A stretch of DNA of 64,000 nt from Narcine bancroftii (GCF_036971445.1 NC_091471.1:164238001-164302000); one strand, 5' to 3'; positions 1 to 12,667 are shown, counted from the stretch's first letter. The notes: generated by a model from the letters alone, not told the origin. Numbers and translations: made by a program.

Positions 1-186
1 ACGTGTGATTTCAAACCCTTGTCTCCAGACCCATTGAATCTGATTCACACAGACGGTGCCAATATTCGCACACTATGCGTTTAGTAGAGTGCCCTGCTCT
101 ACTCGCTGTGCCCCTATGACTATGAACCTTTTCTGGACCCAACATCATGACATCATCTTCCCTTCTCATTTCTATCCGCAACACAG

Positions 187-261
187 GTTGCTCCTTTTGG
201 ACTCACCCTGCATCAATACGCTCCACCTCCGACACTACCTAACTTGGCGGATTATAGCCGG
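187..261 (+). CDS. Candidate internal coding exon (75 nt) of an unidentified host gene; phase-0 translation VAPFGLTLHQYAPPPTLPNLADYSR
   Basis: Pyrimidine tract tcttcccttctcatttctatccgcaacacAG ends at 186; donor CGG|GTAAGT at 261/262; length divisible by 3; two frames open; CpG-rich and not a recognised repeat. Protein not recognised. Confidence 0.45.
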
Positions 262-305
262 GTAAGTCCAGATTCCCCAATCTGCATTCGATGCATTCAC
301 ATAGC

Positions 306-454
306 TAGGAGTGCAGTACTATTTTTCTTTAGGTGCTGGAGCTCATGAAAAATGACGACAAGGAGGTACCAGAGCCGCCCCATGAGGTGCCTGGAGCGGC
401 CCCATGAGGTGCTAGGAATGCGCTCCAGTGCACTCTAGCTGCACTGCACCCCAA
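306..454. mobile_element. Possible small non-autonomous DNA transposon (MITE)
   Basis: Imperfect terminal inverted repeats ggagtgcagtac / gcactgcacccc; internal tandem gccccatgaggtgc x2; only a degenerate flanking duplication. Confidence 0.35.
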
Positions 455-809
455 ACACAGTGTTCAAAAGGTGGATAATACCCGGCTTTAATCATCAGTC
501 TAAAAGAGGTATTTGAATCAATTTCTTTTCTTATCCCTAAGGTTGATAGAATTAATTACATTCTTTGAGTTTCAATGCAGGGGAACCTGCTCTGTAACCT
601 GTCTTCTCAAAATCATACAAGGCATAGCAGGGATAAGAACAATGAGTTTATCTTCATGCACATTGTGCAATATATGTATGAACCAAAATACATACTTACT
701 GCAGCCATACAGGCACTTGCACAAAAAAAATTATGGAAACGACTAAAAGAAATTACAATGGTATGCTTAATTGAATTAGAAGAGACAATAAATACAAAAC
801 AAATAGATC

Positions 810-939
810 ACAATGGCTACGGTTAGCAATTACAGTGTCAGCGATCGGGACCCGGGTTCGAATCCCGTGCTGTCTGTAAGGAGTTTGTATATTCTCCCTG
901 TGTCTGTGTGGGTTTTCCCCAGGGGGTCCATTTTCCTCA
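810..939 (+). mobile_element. tRNA-derived V-SINE (HE1-like), 5' part, truncated at the Gypsy LTR
   Basis: B-box gggttcgaatccc, then the V-domain tctccctgtgtctgtgtgggttttccc...ttttcctc seen in about 10 copies in this window. Confidence 0.8.
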
Positions 940-1132
940 TGTTATGCTTGTTCTTTCAAGAACAACTTCATGTGGGTTTAACAATTAACCAACTTTATTT
1001 TCTTTGAGCTGCTTCAACAGACTTCCAGCGACAATGCCCGTGATTCCTGTCATATAGCACTTCCAGTTTCTGCCCAACCGCACGCATTGCATGGTGGGAA
1101 ATGTCACTCTTTTTTATGTGCATAATAACACA
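940..1132 (-). mobile_element. 3' LTR of the Gypsy element (about 190 bp)
   Basis: TGTTAT...ATAACA terminal inverted repeats; minus-strand polypurine tract aaagggggaaaga directly upstream (1133-1146); minus-strand AATAAA at 994-999. Confidence 0.7.
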
Positions 1133-4100
1133 TCTTTCCCCCTTTAAAAAAAACCAAAAAGTCAAACACAATACTATGTTTACATAACAAAAGTATATAT
1201 ATTCCACAGTCAGTCGCTTTCCACTCAGCAGCTTTTGATTAGTCTCTGAGGTGATTTCACAGCCCTTTTTGGTTTGGTATGCATTTCCACCAGTGTATTG
1301 CTTCCATTTGCTGCATTAGACAGTGACTTTCTGTGAACTCTGAACAGCATGTTCCTTTTCTACATGCGGTGGCCCCTTTTGTGTAATAACAGGTGGGTTG
1401 GATCTTGTGGTCATAGATCCATGTGGTTCCTTTTCAAAGGTGTCCCTCCCTCTGTCTGGATCTGGTAGGAATGTGGATCTTGCACATATTCTTGCATGGA
1501 CCATGTATCAAATTATGATCTCAAATTTATACTTAAACTCCAGGCTTCAGGACTGGTCAGCTTTTTGGAGTCTTGTCATGATCCTGTTTCTCTTCTACTT
1601 TCTCTTCCATTTTAGCCTCTTTGACCTTGTGTGCTCCTTTAGGTCTCAACAGATTTTTGTGCATTGGAAGGTGTCAGCCCATCAGCATTTGGGCAGGAGA
1701 AAGGCCAATCTGTAGTGATGAATTTCTAAAAATCATTAGAATTCTGTGGAAATCCGCTCGTCCATCATGCGCTTTCTTCATGAGGCTCTTGACTACCTTC
1801 ACAAAACTCCCTGCTAGGCCATAAGACTTTGGGTGATGTGGGCTCGAAGTTAAGGCCAAAACTCCCAAGTATTGGCAAAGGACTTAAATTCACTGCTCGA
1901 AAATTGCGAACCATTGTCTGATACTATTTCACAAGGAACTCCATGCCTCGCAAACAAATTTTTCATGAAAGTGAAAACTGCTCTGCTGGATGTTGACTGC
2001 AGTGTTGATACCTCTGGGTAATTGGACAAATAGTCTGTTACTACGATATGACTCTTCCATTACAGTCAAACAAATCTACTCGAACTTTAAAGTATGGCCT
2101 GTCTGGTTCAGGATATCATGTAAGCAGTTCTGCTTGCTGCTTTGGTCATACTTCATATGAAGTAGTAGTATGGCTTATGTTTTGGTTCATTCTTGGCCAG
2201 TACATCACCTCTCGAGCTCTACGATTATATTTTTCTTCACCAAGATGTCCCTTTTATATCTTCTGGTGCATTTTCTTGTGTAGTAACACTGGAATCCCTT
2301 TGAAGACCATATCTTTCACAACTGACAGTTCATCTCTGTATGACCAGTAATCCTGAATACCCATTGGACAGTCATTCTTAGCTGCTAGCCACCCTTTCTG
2401 TATTGTATCTTTGAGCTTTTTCATTGATTCATCTTTCTCTGTTGCTTTTCTGATATGCTCTGTTCTATCCATTGGAAATGAAGTGATAATTATATCAACA
2501 TAAGCCTTTATCTCTACATTAAACTCTTGGTCAATCTTTTTTTTTCCTTGTCAACTGCTCAAGACAGTGCATCAGCTGCAAGCATCTATTTTCCTGGTAT
2601 GTCGATCATTTTCACATCATATTTCTGCAGCCTTATCAACATATGCTGTTCTCTCATGAGACATTCATTCAGTGGTTTGGACATAATTGCGACTAGTGGT
2701 TTATGGTCTGTCTCCACTTCAAGAGCTTGTCCATAAATGCATTGATGGAATCCTTCGCATGCATAAGTTCTGGCAAGAAGCTCATGAGGCTCTTATGGTA
2801 GACTTCTGGTGTGGATAGGATCCCATATGGTAGCCAAAGAAAGCGGTATCTTCCTTGTGGAGTATTGAAAGTGCATTGTCTTGAACTTGCCTCATCGAGC
2901 TTCATCTGCCAAAACCCCTATGACTCGAGCTTGCTAAACCACTTGGCTCCTGCAAATAGGAACATGATTTCATCCTGTGTTGGCAATTTAAAATGCTCTC
3001 TCTTGATCGCTTTATTGAGATCTTTTTGGTCCAATCATAAATGCAATGTTCCATTTTTCTTTTGCACAATGACCAGTGAGCTGACCCAAACTGTAGGTTT
3101 TTCAATTTTCTGAATGACTTTCATCCTTTCCATGCATGCTAGTTCTTGCTTCAGTTTGGCTTTAAGAAGAAACAGAACTTTATTGCATGCATGGACAACA
3201 GGGGCCTCAGTCTCATCTCCATGGATCTTGTATACACCAGGTAAACATTCAAGACCGACGAAGACATCTGCATACTCTTCATGAGTGTTGTGTGCTCATC
3301 TTCAGTCTGTGAAGCCACTATGAAAACTCTTTTCACCAGTTCGAGCTCTTCACATGCACCCAGACCTAATATTGGCTGTACATTCCTTTCTACAATCAGT
3401 AAGTGTGACTTTAGATGTTGCCCTTTGTGTTTGAAGGTAACGATACCTTCACTTTTACTGGAACGTTCCTTCCAGTGTAGCCTGCCACTTTTAAACTTGC
3501 TCATTATGGTGAGAGTCTTGTAATCATCTATAGATAACAGATTCACCTGGGCCCTGGTGCTAATCTTAAATGCAATTTCTGTCTCATTCACAATCACTTG
3601 AACGATCCATACCATACTGCAACCAGCAGTCTGTCGTGAATCTCCAAAGGATTCCTCCATTTCTTTTTCCACTGTGTGCACCTTTCTCTTTTTATGTCTT
3701 GCTTTGAAGCATTTTACAAAATGATTCTTCTTCCCACATTTATACCAGGACTTTCCAAAGGCAGGACATAACTTTGGAATATGGCTACCTCAGCACCTGC
3801 TGCACTTGCTGTTTGAGCTTACCATTTGCTTTGCTGTAGCTTTAGGAAACTCCTGGTGCTCTGCTTCTCTGTTTTCATCAGATGCACTGTTGTATTTATC
3901 TTGTGTCTCTGTGGACTATGTTGTCCAACACATATTCACAGCCTTTTCCAGAGTCAAATTTTTTTCAGGCAACAGTCTTTCTCTAAGCCCATTATTTTGG
4001 ATTCTGCGAACTATTCTGTCCCTGCTGAGTGAGTTTTTTCAAATCTTCAAATACACAGGACTTACTCAGTGTGTGAATCTTGGTTAAGCATTGGTCAAAG

Positions 4101-4420
4101 CTCATACCTGGTTTCTGGTCACAAGAGGAAAAAAAAACTTGAATCTCTCAAATGTGATGTTTTTACTTGGAACAAAATGCTCTCAAATTTTGTCATCAGA
4201 GTGTCCAATGTGAAAGTTGTCTCATCAATTTGAAAACTGTTATAGATGTCCAAGGCATCTTCACCCATCACGTGCCGAAGCATTGGTTTTCCATTGGTCT
4301 CTCCCATTCAACCAGCTTCTAAATAAATGTTGAATTGCTGTTTGAAACATTTATAATTATCGGCTAGATTGCCGGTAAACTGCATCGGAGCTGGACAGGG
4401 GATTTTGTCTTATGCCCGTG
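1133..4420 (-). mobile_element. Decayed Ty3/Gypsy LTR retrotransposon internal region (gag-protease-RT-RNaseH-integrase), K02A2.6/Mag-like
   Basis: Gag N-term PAPMQFTGNLADNY..FKQQF; CPAFGKSWYKCGKKNHF knuckle remnant; degenerate protease FKISTRAQVN; RT GFWQMKLDEASSRQCTFNTPQGRYRFLWLPYGI; RNaseH EVETDHKPL; integrase FARHGVPCEIVSDNGSQF and TSSPHHPKSYG. Many stops and frameshifts. Confidence 0.92.
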
Positions 4421-4999
4421 TTTGATGTTCTGTGAGCTTGAGTCACATTTAAAGAACTATCTGTACTACAGGAGTGATTTCTGAACAATAATTTCATCAG
4501 ATGATTATCCTACATATTTCTCCTGTGCATCAAACAAAGTGAAACTCTTAATCAGATTATTACTTTTTAATCACACATGATATCTATTGCTCCTCAGGGA
4601 AAAAAAGAAAATAACATGAATTAGTATTCATGTTTTTAATATTAATGCAAGGTTTCAATCAAGCCACTGAGAATGTTCACCATTCTGTGCTGCTGATGTA
4701 TTCCTGGATAGATCATAACAATTCAGCTCATGGATGCTCTACTTATAAGCCACAGTTAATGCCTCATTGAGTAATAGTGCATTGGAGAAGACCATTGAGT
4801 GATAAAGTCTGTCAATTATTTTGATGAGCACTCTAGTTAGTCCTTTCATTCTTTTGTCCCTCCAATACGTATCCAATTCCCTCTTCAAAACTGGTGTTAA
4901 ATTTGTTTTCATTCCACTGTCAACAGAGCATTTCACATGCAGGCAACAAATAGTATTTTCACCTATCAATCACCTGACGCATGGTTAAATTCTAATTTT

Positions 5000-5480
5000 T
5001 TAGTCAAGAACAGGCCTTTCGGCCCAACTTGTCCATGCCAATCACATCAGCATTCTGGTCTAGTCCTATTTGCCTGCATGTGTCCCATATTCTTCCTATC
5101 AAAGTATCTGCCCAAATGTCTTTAGATAGTCATAATTCTACCCAGTTCTATGGCTTCTTAAGTTATGACAACTCATTCTAGGCAGAGACCAATAAAGAAG
5201 AGAATGAAAAAGTTGCTCCTCAAGTTCCTCTTAAATCTTTGCTCATTCACCTTAAACATATACCCTCTAGTTCTATAATCATCTATCACAGGTAAAAATA
5301 TTGTGACCACTCACTTTTTCCTTGCCCCTTTCATATACCTCAAATCTATAAGGTTGCCTCTCAAGCTTCCTACTCTCCAGAGAAAATATACCTATTCTAT
5401 CTAACCTCTCCCTTTAAGTGCATGCTCACATCCCAGTAAAATCCTGTTGAACATTTTCTATTCTCTTTCCAACTTTCCTT
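5000..5480 (-). mobile_element. CR1 LINE 3' fragment (old)
   Basis: aacaggcctttcggcccaacttgtccatg 3'UTR and ORF2 C-terminal remnants shared with other CR1 copies here. Confidence 0.7.
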
Positions 5481-5744
5481 GATACTTCAGACTATGGAGG
5501 CATTCCTCTCCATATCATCATATATTGGTGCTTTTATTAAATCTCCATCAGCCTTCCAAAAACAAGGATCCTATCTTCTTCACAATACACAAATGTGCCA
5601 GAGAATTCATCAGTGTCCATAGAAAGTGAAGAATAGCCAACGTTTTGGGGCAGAGCCCTTTGTCAAGAGTTTCTCCAGCACATCTATGTTACTGCACTCA
5701 CCACATTTTTAGACTTGGTTGTTTAACCTTACCTTCTTTGGCCT

Positions 5745-6195
5745 GCCTATGTAACAAAAGGTAATGGAGACAACACAGGACATCAAAGGCAACATCCTCC
5801 TCACCATCAAGAATATTGATAGGGAACACTGCAGTTGGAGAACAGCAGCAATCATCAAGGATCCACATCTCCCAGCTCAAGCACTGTTCTCACTGCTACC
5901 ATCAAGAAAGAGATATAGGTGCCACAAGACTCACACCACCTAGTTCAGGAACAATTGCTTCCCCTCTACCATCAGAATCCTCGACGACAAGCTCAATCAG
6001 GGACTCATTTAAGGGTCCTTATTTTTGCACTTTATTGACTTTTTTATCTGTATTGCAGACAGTTTGTTTACATTTCTTCATTTGTTTGCATGTGTTTTGC
6101 ATGACCAATAAGTGGTCACTCACAGGAAAAAAGAATCTCAGGTTTGTATGTGATGTTATATATTTAATTCTGACAATAAACATGAAATCTGACTA
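5745..6195 (+). mobile_element. Rex1/Babar LINE 3' fragment
   Basis: atcatcaaggatccacatctcccagctcaagcactgttctcactgctaccatc (IIKDP.HP...LFSLLPS); tail gacaataaa...tctga. Confidence 0.75.
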
Positions 6196-7144
6196 ATTCA
6201 TCAGCTTCTTCACCATTCTAATAAATCTCCTCAGAATCCTCCTGGTGTCAGTCATAGCCAATTTGAAGGCAACCTTTGTTGATAACCTGTGAAAGACTGA
6301 AATCCATTAGCCAAATTCCTGCCAGACAATATTTCCAAACACAAAGGAAAGTTGGATCTACAAATTCATACCCTGTCAGTAGATTTAAGCTCACTCCATT
6401 GTAATAGAAAGGCCATATCTACACAATGGAACCAACATTCTGAAAAAAGTGCAAGGCCCATGTGCTACAACTGTCTGAAGATGAATTTGTTGGAAGTACT
6501 CATGTCCAGTAGGGAGAATGAGATCTCAGCAAGGAATACAAAAAATAATTCTACCACGAGATAGTAATTCAAATGAGTGTTCCAAGCAAATTATCCAAGT
6601 TGTCAATTTGACCTCACTGCAAGCAGTAAATTATCATCTTAAGCACCTTTGAGAAGTTTTGCAGTTGTGAAAGCTGCTCTAAATGCAAGTCTTCATCTCT
6701 TTTCCCTTTCAAAGTTAGATACCATTAACTAGAATTGAGAATATCAGATTGAAGGGTTATTTATTGTAGTATAGCGCTTCCTTTGTCCAACAGGAGCTTA
6801 AACTAATGCGATTATTTCTAAAGTATATTTCCCATACTGAGAAGTCCCTGCTGGATATTTTTATGATTATTTCAGAAACTTCTGGAATTAAATAAAACCA
6901 AAAATCCCCAGAACTCTTGTGCATTGCACAAATCAAAAAAGATTAAAACATTAATATTTCAACTGAGAGCAACTGATAGAAATAGCCAGAGTTCTCTACA
7001 AGACAACTGAGGGAACAAAAGTAGCAGTCAACTCTGCCCGTATCTAATAATCTACTTCAATACTACTGCCCTGTACTCACCCATTATCTCTTGATTCCCA
7101 TCATGTAAAAAAAAGGTCTATTGATAGCTTCATTAAAAAAAATT

Positions 7145-7361
7145 CAATATACAGCAGGGTAATAGGCCCTTCCAGTTCATGACCCCGTGTCACGCAAATA
7201 CATCCATGTGACTAATTAACTTACTAACCCTATACATGTTTGGAATGTGGGATGAAACTAGAATATCCAGAGGAAACCCACTCAGACACATGGAGAATGT
7301 GTAAACTCATTATAGTCAGTGGTAAATTCGAATCTGGGTCATGGGAACTGTAATATTAATT
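7145..7361 (-). mobile_element. V-SINE, interrupted in its tRNA head by the RTE insertion (resumes at about 8291)
   Basis: Reverse V-domain ccagaggaaacccactcagacacatggagaatgtgtaaactc and reverse B-box attcgaatctggg. Confidence 0.75.
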
Positions 7362-8280
7362 CTTCTTCTTTGGCTTGGCTTCGCGGACGAAGATTTATGG
7401 AGGGGGTAAAAGTCCACGTCAGCTGCAGGCTCATTTGTGGCTGACAAGTCCGATGCGGGACAGGCAGACACAGTTGCAGCGGCTGCAGGGGAAAATTGGT
7501 TGGTTCGGGTTGGGTGTTGGGTTTTTCCTCCTTTGCCTTTTGTCAGTGAGGTGGGCTCTGCGGTCTTCTTCAAAGGAGGTTGCTGCCCGTCAAACTGTGA
7601 GGCGCCAAGATGCACGGTTTGAGGCAATATCAGCCCACTGGCGGTGGTCAATGTGGCAGGCACCAAGAGATTTCTTTAGGCAGTCCTTGTACCTTTTCTT
7701 TGGTGCACCTCTGTCACGGTGGCCAGTGGAGAGCTCGCCATATAACACGATCTTGGGAAGGCGATGGTCCTCCATTCTGGAGACGTGACCCACCCAGCGC
7801 AGCTGGATCTTCAGCAGCGTGGACTCGATGCTGTCGACCTCTGCCATCTCGAGTACTTCGACGTTAGGGATGAAAGCGCTCCAATGGATGTTGAGGATGG
7901 AGCGGAGACAACGCTGGTGGAAGCGTTCTAGGAGCCGTAGGTGATGCCGGTAGAGGACCAATGATTCGGAGCCGAACAGGAGTGTGGGTATGACAACGGC
8001 TCTGTATACGCTTATGTTTGTGAGGTTTTTCAGTTGGTTGTTTTTCCAGACTCTTTTGTGTAGTCTTCCAAAGGCGCTTCAGCGCTTGACGTCCTGCTTT
8101 GCGGAAACTGCCAAAATGTTTGGCCTGGAAGTCAGCCTGAAGAAAACTGAGGTCCTCCATCAGCCAGCTCCCCACCATGACTACCAGCCCCCCCACATCT
8201 CCATCGGGCACACAAAACTCAAAACGGTCAACCAGTTTACCTATCTCGGCTGCACCATTTCATCAGATGCAAGGATCGAC
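7362..8280 (-). mobile_element. Young RTE-clade LINE, 5'-truncated with an inverted 5' segment
   Basis: 7362-~8075 on minus: QLRWVGHVSRMEDHRLPKIVLYGEL plus (GAA)n tail. ~8076-8280 on plus: FGLEVSLKKTEVL...FTYLGCTISSDARID. TSD AATATTAATT at 7352-7361 and 8281-8290. Confidence 0.93.
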
Positions 8281-8299
8281 AATATTAATTACCACTACA

Positions 8300-8708
8300 A
8301 CAAATGGCAACTGGAGTCGAGGAATTCACACCAGGTTGCAGACTGCTGGAGACTGGCTCTAAACTGGCTAAAGTGGTACCAGATATTGGAACCAGCTGGG
8401 ATGCAAGAAGGTGCCGAGGGCAATTAAGGGTTCCTAGTCATATCAGAGGTTCAGATCTGGTTGCTGATGGTTAGGACTGGACTCTGTGTGGCTGCAGAGG
8501 CTGCAGGAGACTGGAAGTGAATCTACGGACACTCGGTGACAATGGGGGGGTGGGGGATCTCCCTTTTGCTTCTCTTTCTCTGACTAGAAGAGGCACTTCA
8601 AAACAATTTCTGCCAAAGGCTAATTTGTCTACCTTGCAGTAAACAAAAAGGCAATATCGTGTAATATGACACTATTTTTTATTACATGAAAATAAATAGA
8701 ATCTTGAA
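8300..8708 (+). repeat. Unclassified interspersed repeat family A, 3' part
   Basis: Shares ggactctgtgtggctg...ggtgac...tttgcttctct...gtaatatgacact...aataaa..gaatcttgaa with 45587-46420 and 51098-51860. Confidence 0.65.
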
Positions 8709-9068
8709 ATGCTCCTCCCTATCTGCATCCAATATATTCAGGTGGAGGACTCAGTTGGTGGAGAATTTCAAAGGTTCAGCAATCTCTGGTGAATAAATTT
8801 CTTTTCATCTTTTTTTTCCTGAGTGGCTAACCCCTGATATTGTCATAATTTTAATTATTTGTAGACAGACAATTAATGAGTTTGATGCAAGGATCCAAGC
8901 TCAAGCTTTTCAGGAATGAGGGGAAAGATTTAAAAGGGAGTTGAGGGGCCATATTTTCACCCTGTGCATGATGAGTATATAGAACTAGCTGTCAGAGAAG
9001 GTGGAGCTCAGTATAATTGTCACATTTAAAAAGCTTTGGACAGATGCATAGATGGGAAAGGTTTGGAG

Positions 9069-12000
9069 CAGTGGTTTTCAAACTGCCCCCCTAAACTCAC
9101 ATTCCACCTTAAGTAATTCCTATGCCTCATACAAAATGGAAACGTTGATCTTAAGATCAAAGCAACAATATTATGAACTGGGGGAAAAGGCTCATAAAAT
9201 CTTGTCTTGGCAGGTGAGGTCAGAAGTCTTGAGGACAATTAATGCTATTGAAATGGGAGTAGGGAAGATTTCATATAAACCAAAAGAAATAAATGATTCA
9301 TTCAGTAAGTGCTATAAATCAGAAACAAAGGGAGGCCTTACTAAAATAGACAACTTTTTGCATGCATTGGAATTGCCAAGTTTGGATCAGCAGGAGAAAG
9401 AGGGACTGGATGCCCCCTTCTCAAGAGATTGAACAAACTCTGAGCACTCTACAGGGGGGTAAATCCCTAGGAGAGGATAGGTTCCCCATTGAATTTTATA
9501 GAGAAAATTGAAGAACCTTTTAATACCCCTTCTTATGAAGGTGGTAGATCAGGTGACGGAAACATAGCCTCTCCTGGAGTCTTTTTTTGACAACAATTAT
9601 TATGGTGATGGCCAAAAAAGATAAGGATCTATTGAAATCCACAATCTATAGGCCTACATCACTATTGAATGCATATTATAAAATTATAGCAAAAGCATTA
9701 GCCAATAGGTTGGCAAAATATTTGCCAAAATTGATGAATCCAGATCAGGCTGGCTTTGTTTAGAAAAGGCAAACTGCAGATAATCTAGCTAGATTGCTTA
9801 ATACATCTGGCAGAGTTGGGATTGGGTCCAGGGGTGGATGAATCTCTAGATGTGGAAAAGACCTTTGATAGATTGGAATGGCACTTACTGTTTTAGGTAT
9901 TGGAAAAACTTAGATTGGGACAAACATTTTTAAATTGGGTGAGAACATCAAACCATAAAATCCAAGCCAATATTATCACAAATGGACTAATATCTCCAGT
10001 AATCCCATTGAGTAGATCTAGTAGATAGGGTTGTCCTTTGTCACCAGCTCTGTTTATATTAGCCATTGATTGAACCACTGGCAGAAACCATTTAACAGGG
10101 TCCAGACATAAAGGGATATAAGGTGGGCCAGGTGGAACAGAAAATCAATCTATTTTCTGATGATGTGTTAATATATTTGACAGACCCTGGGTTGGGGGGG
10201 GGGGGTGTTCTTGTTGGCCTGACTAAGGACCAAACTGAAAAATGATGGGCGGGTCTCAGGATTTAAAGTAAATTTGGACAAAAGTGAAATTATGCCTTTG
10301 ATGACAAGGGATTACAAACCATATCAACAAGGAAGCCAATTTAAGTGGCAACAGGAAGTCAGCAAATATTTTGGTGCAAGGGTAGAAAAAAAGATTTAAT
10401 CAATATATACAAGTTAAATTATCTCCCTTTGCTCCAGAAAATAAAGGAAAACTTGACTAGATGGAAAGCCTTGACCATAAAATTACTGGGCAGAATAAAT
10501 TGTATCAAAATGAAGGTGATACCAAGACTGCAAAATCTTTTTCAAATGTTGCCCATTCTATTGCCCCAGAGCTTCTTCAAGATGCTTAGTGAGTGAGCGT
10601 ATCAGAAACTTTTTGTGGAATGGGAAGGTGGCTAGAATCTCCATGGAAAATTAACATGGGAATATAAATTAGGGGGTCTAAAACTGCCAGACTTCAAAAA
10701 AATAATTGGGCTTCCCAGGCGAGATTTATTGCTTCACTGTTTGAGGGAGGAGGGCCCCTTTCTGGGCACAAATTGGCTACATACAATAGGGGAAAGGACA
10801 TCAGGAGAATTTGTATGTAAATGGAACACCAAATTAATCTCTAAAAAGATAAGTAACCCCATATTAAAACAAATATACGAAATATGGCAAAAAAAATCAA
10901 TGCATTGGATTGAAGGTGTGGCTGTCTCCTAATGCCCTTGACCCAGAACAATTGACACTGTACAACAGGATCCTAGACACCTGGTGCCAGAAAGGGATCA
11001 GGTGTATCAAGGACTGTTATATCAAGGGCAACTAATGTCATTCGAACAATTGAGGATTAAATTTAGATTATCCGATAGAACATTCTTCTGCTTCCTCCAA
11101 TTGAGATCTTTCTTAAGAGACAAATTAGGACAAACAATGACTCTGCTGGAGTGTAGTGCCATGGAGATTTATTTCTATATATCTAAATTTATTTCTAGAA
11201 TATATTTCCTACTCTAGAGTGAGGGCCCGAAACTGGGATTACACCAGTTTGATGGAAAGATGGGAGTCAGACTTGGGTATAACAATTAATGAAAATTGAT
11301 GGGAAGACTTGTGTCTGAAAAGCATGACATGGATTGTCAATGCTAGATACATTCTGGTACAGTACTATTTCCAGCATCAGTTGTACCTCACACCACAAAA
11401 ATTACATACATCAAAGTCAGAAATTTCAGAAATGTGTTTCATATGCGACGTACACCAAGCTATGTAGAAAGGTGAGATCCTTCTGGATAGTCCTGGGGGG
11501 CATATTAAAAAAAAAAATACAGAAGTGGAGTTTCCACAAGACTCAGAATTGTTCTTTCTGGGGGATACTGGTGAAGTATAGTTTAGATTATCCAAATATG
11601 AAATTCAATTTGTGAAGATCACTTTGTCGGTAGCCAGGAAGTGTATAAGGGTTGCTTGGAAGTCCGACTCTCATCAGAGTATTACACAATGGAGTACAGA
11701 AATGTAAAATTGCAATCCCCTGGAGAAGATTACTTATAACTTGAGAAGGAAGTATGACACGTTCATTGAAGTGTGGCAGCCGTAGCTGAGGCATGTAGGT
11801 ACTCAGATATGATTTATATAGCACCCTCCCCAACTTAAGAAATAGATTAAGATACAAACCGTCTACACAGATAAATAAAGAAGAGACTAAATTAAGGTTG
11901 TGGTACAGACAACATGCTTTAATTTTTAGTTTTTAGTTTTAATTTTTTTTCCTTTTCTGGTTTATTTAATATCTGGGGAAGGAAGGAAAAATACTGAACT

Positions 12001-12401
12001 GTATATTATATTGTGTGATAAGAAAATGTCTTATATTGTTTGCATATATTTCCTTGAGTCATTTAAAGTAAAATAACCCCCCCAAAGATAATGCCCATAA
12101 GTGCTCTGTGATTACCTAAGGTGGTGTGTGGGTGGAAAGAAAAAGTTTGAAACCACTATTTTAATTGTACCTAATTGACTCGTTATGTGCACAGTTTCAT
12201 AATTCCAAAGGAAAAGGGCCAATGACAATTTTTCTCAAGCAAAATATTTCAGTAAAAATTGAGTCTAGAGCTGTGGTTCTCAACCTTTTCTTCCCACTCA
12301 CATACCATCTTAAGCAATCTCTTACTAATCACAGAGCATTTATGGCATAGGGATTGCTTAAGGAGGAATGTGAGTTTAGGGGGGCAGTTTGAAAACCAAT
12401 G
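9069..12401. mobile_element. hAT (Charlie-like) MITE copy 1: 9069-~9127 and ~12090-12401, split by L1
   Basis: TIR cagtggttttcaaac / gtttgaaaaccaatg; 8-bp TSD GTTTGGAG / GTTTAGAA (6/8); colinear with the copy at 35181-35539. Confidence 0.85.
9128..12080 (+). mobile_element. L1-clade LINE, 5'-truncated ORF2 pseudogene plus 3'UTR
   Basis: QYYELGEKAHKILSWQ; YRPTSLLNAYYKIIAKALANRL; SLDVEKTFDRLEW; GCPLSPALF; LFSDDVLIYLTDP; GFKVNLDKSE; LLGRINCIKMKVIPRL. Multiple stops and frameshifts. Confidence 0.92.
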
Positions 12402-12667
12402 GTTTAGAAGGACATGGGCCAAACACAGGCAAATGGAATCGGGTTGGTTTAGTGAATGAACATTAGGCCAAAGGGCCTGTTTCTGTGCTGTAAAAATCGA
12501 TGAATTCATGACACTATTTCAATCAAAAGAACCTCTTCAGAGCAATTATGTCAGCTTGACATAAACACAATTGAAGTCTCCATGTGTACCCTGCTACATC
12601 CTATTTAATTCTAAGTAGCCTATTAAAAACACTTCATTACAGTGGTAACGTGGTGCTGGGTGGATGA

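Larger units (their letters stand above)
8905..12515 (+). mobile_element. CR1 3' fragment (8905-9068 and 12402-12515) split by a hAT MITE that itself contains an L1
   Basis: ...acatttaaaaagctttggacagatgcatagatgggaaaggtttggag continues as ...ggacatgggccaaacacaggcaaatgg after the insert. Confidence 0.75.

Noticed and set aside
815-870. tRNA gene (perfect B-box GGTTCGAATCCC)
   Set aside because: No full cloverleaf is evident and it is followed by the V-SINE core, so it is a SINE head.
7375-7788. Recurrent ORFs such as 7375-7788, 16323-16769 and 53064-53507 as a novel gene family
   Set aside because: These are antisense or alternative frames of the GC-rich RTE 3' end, repeated only because the element is repeated.
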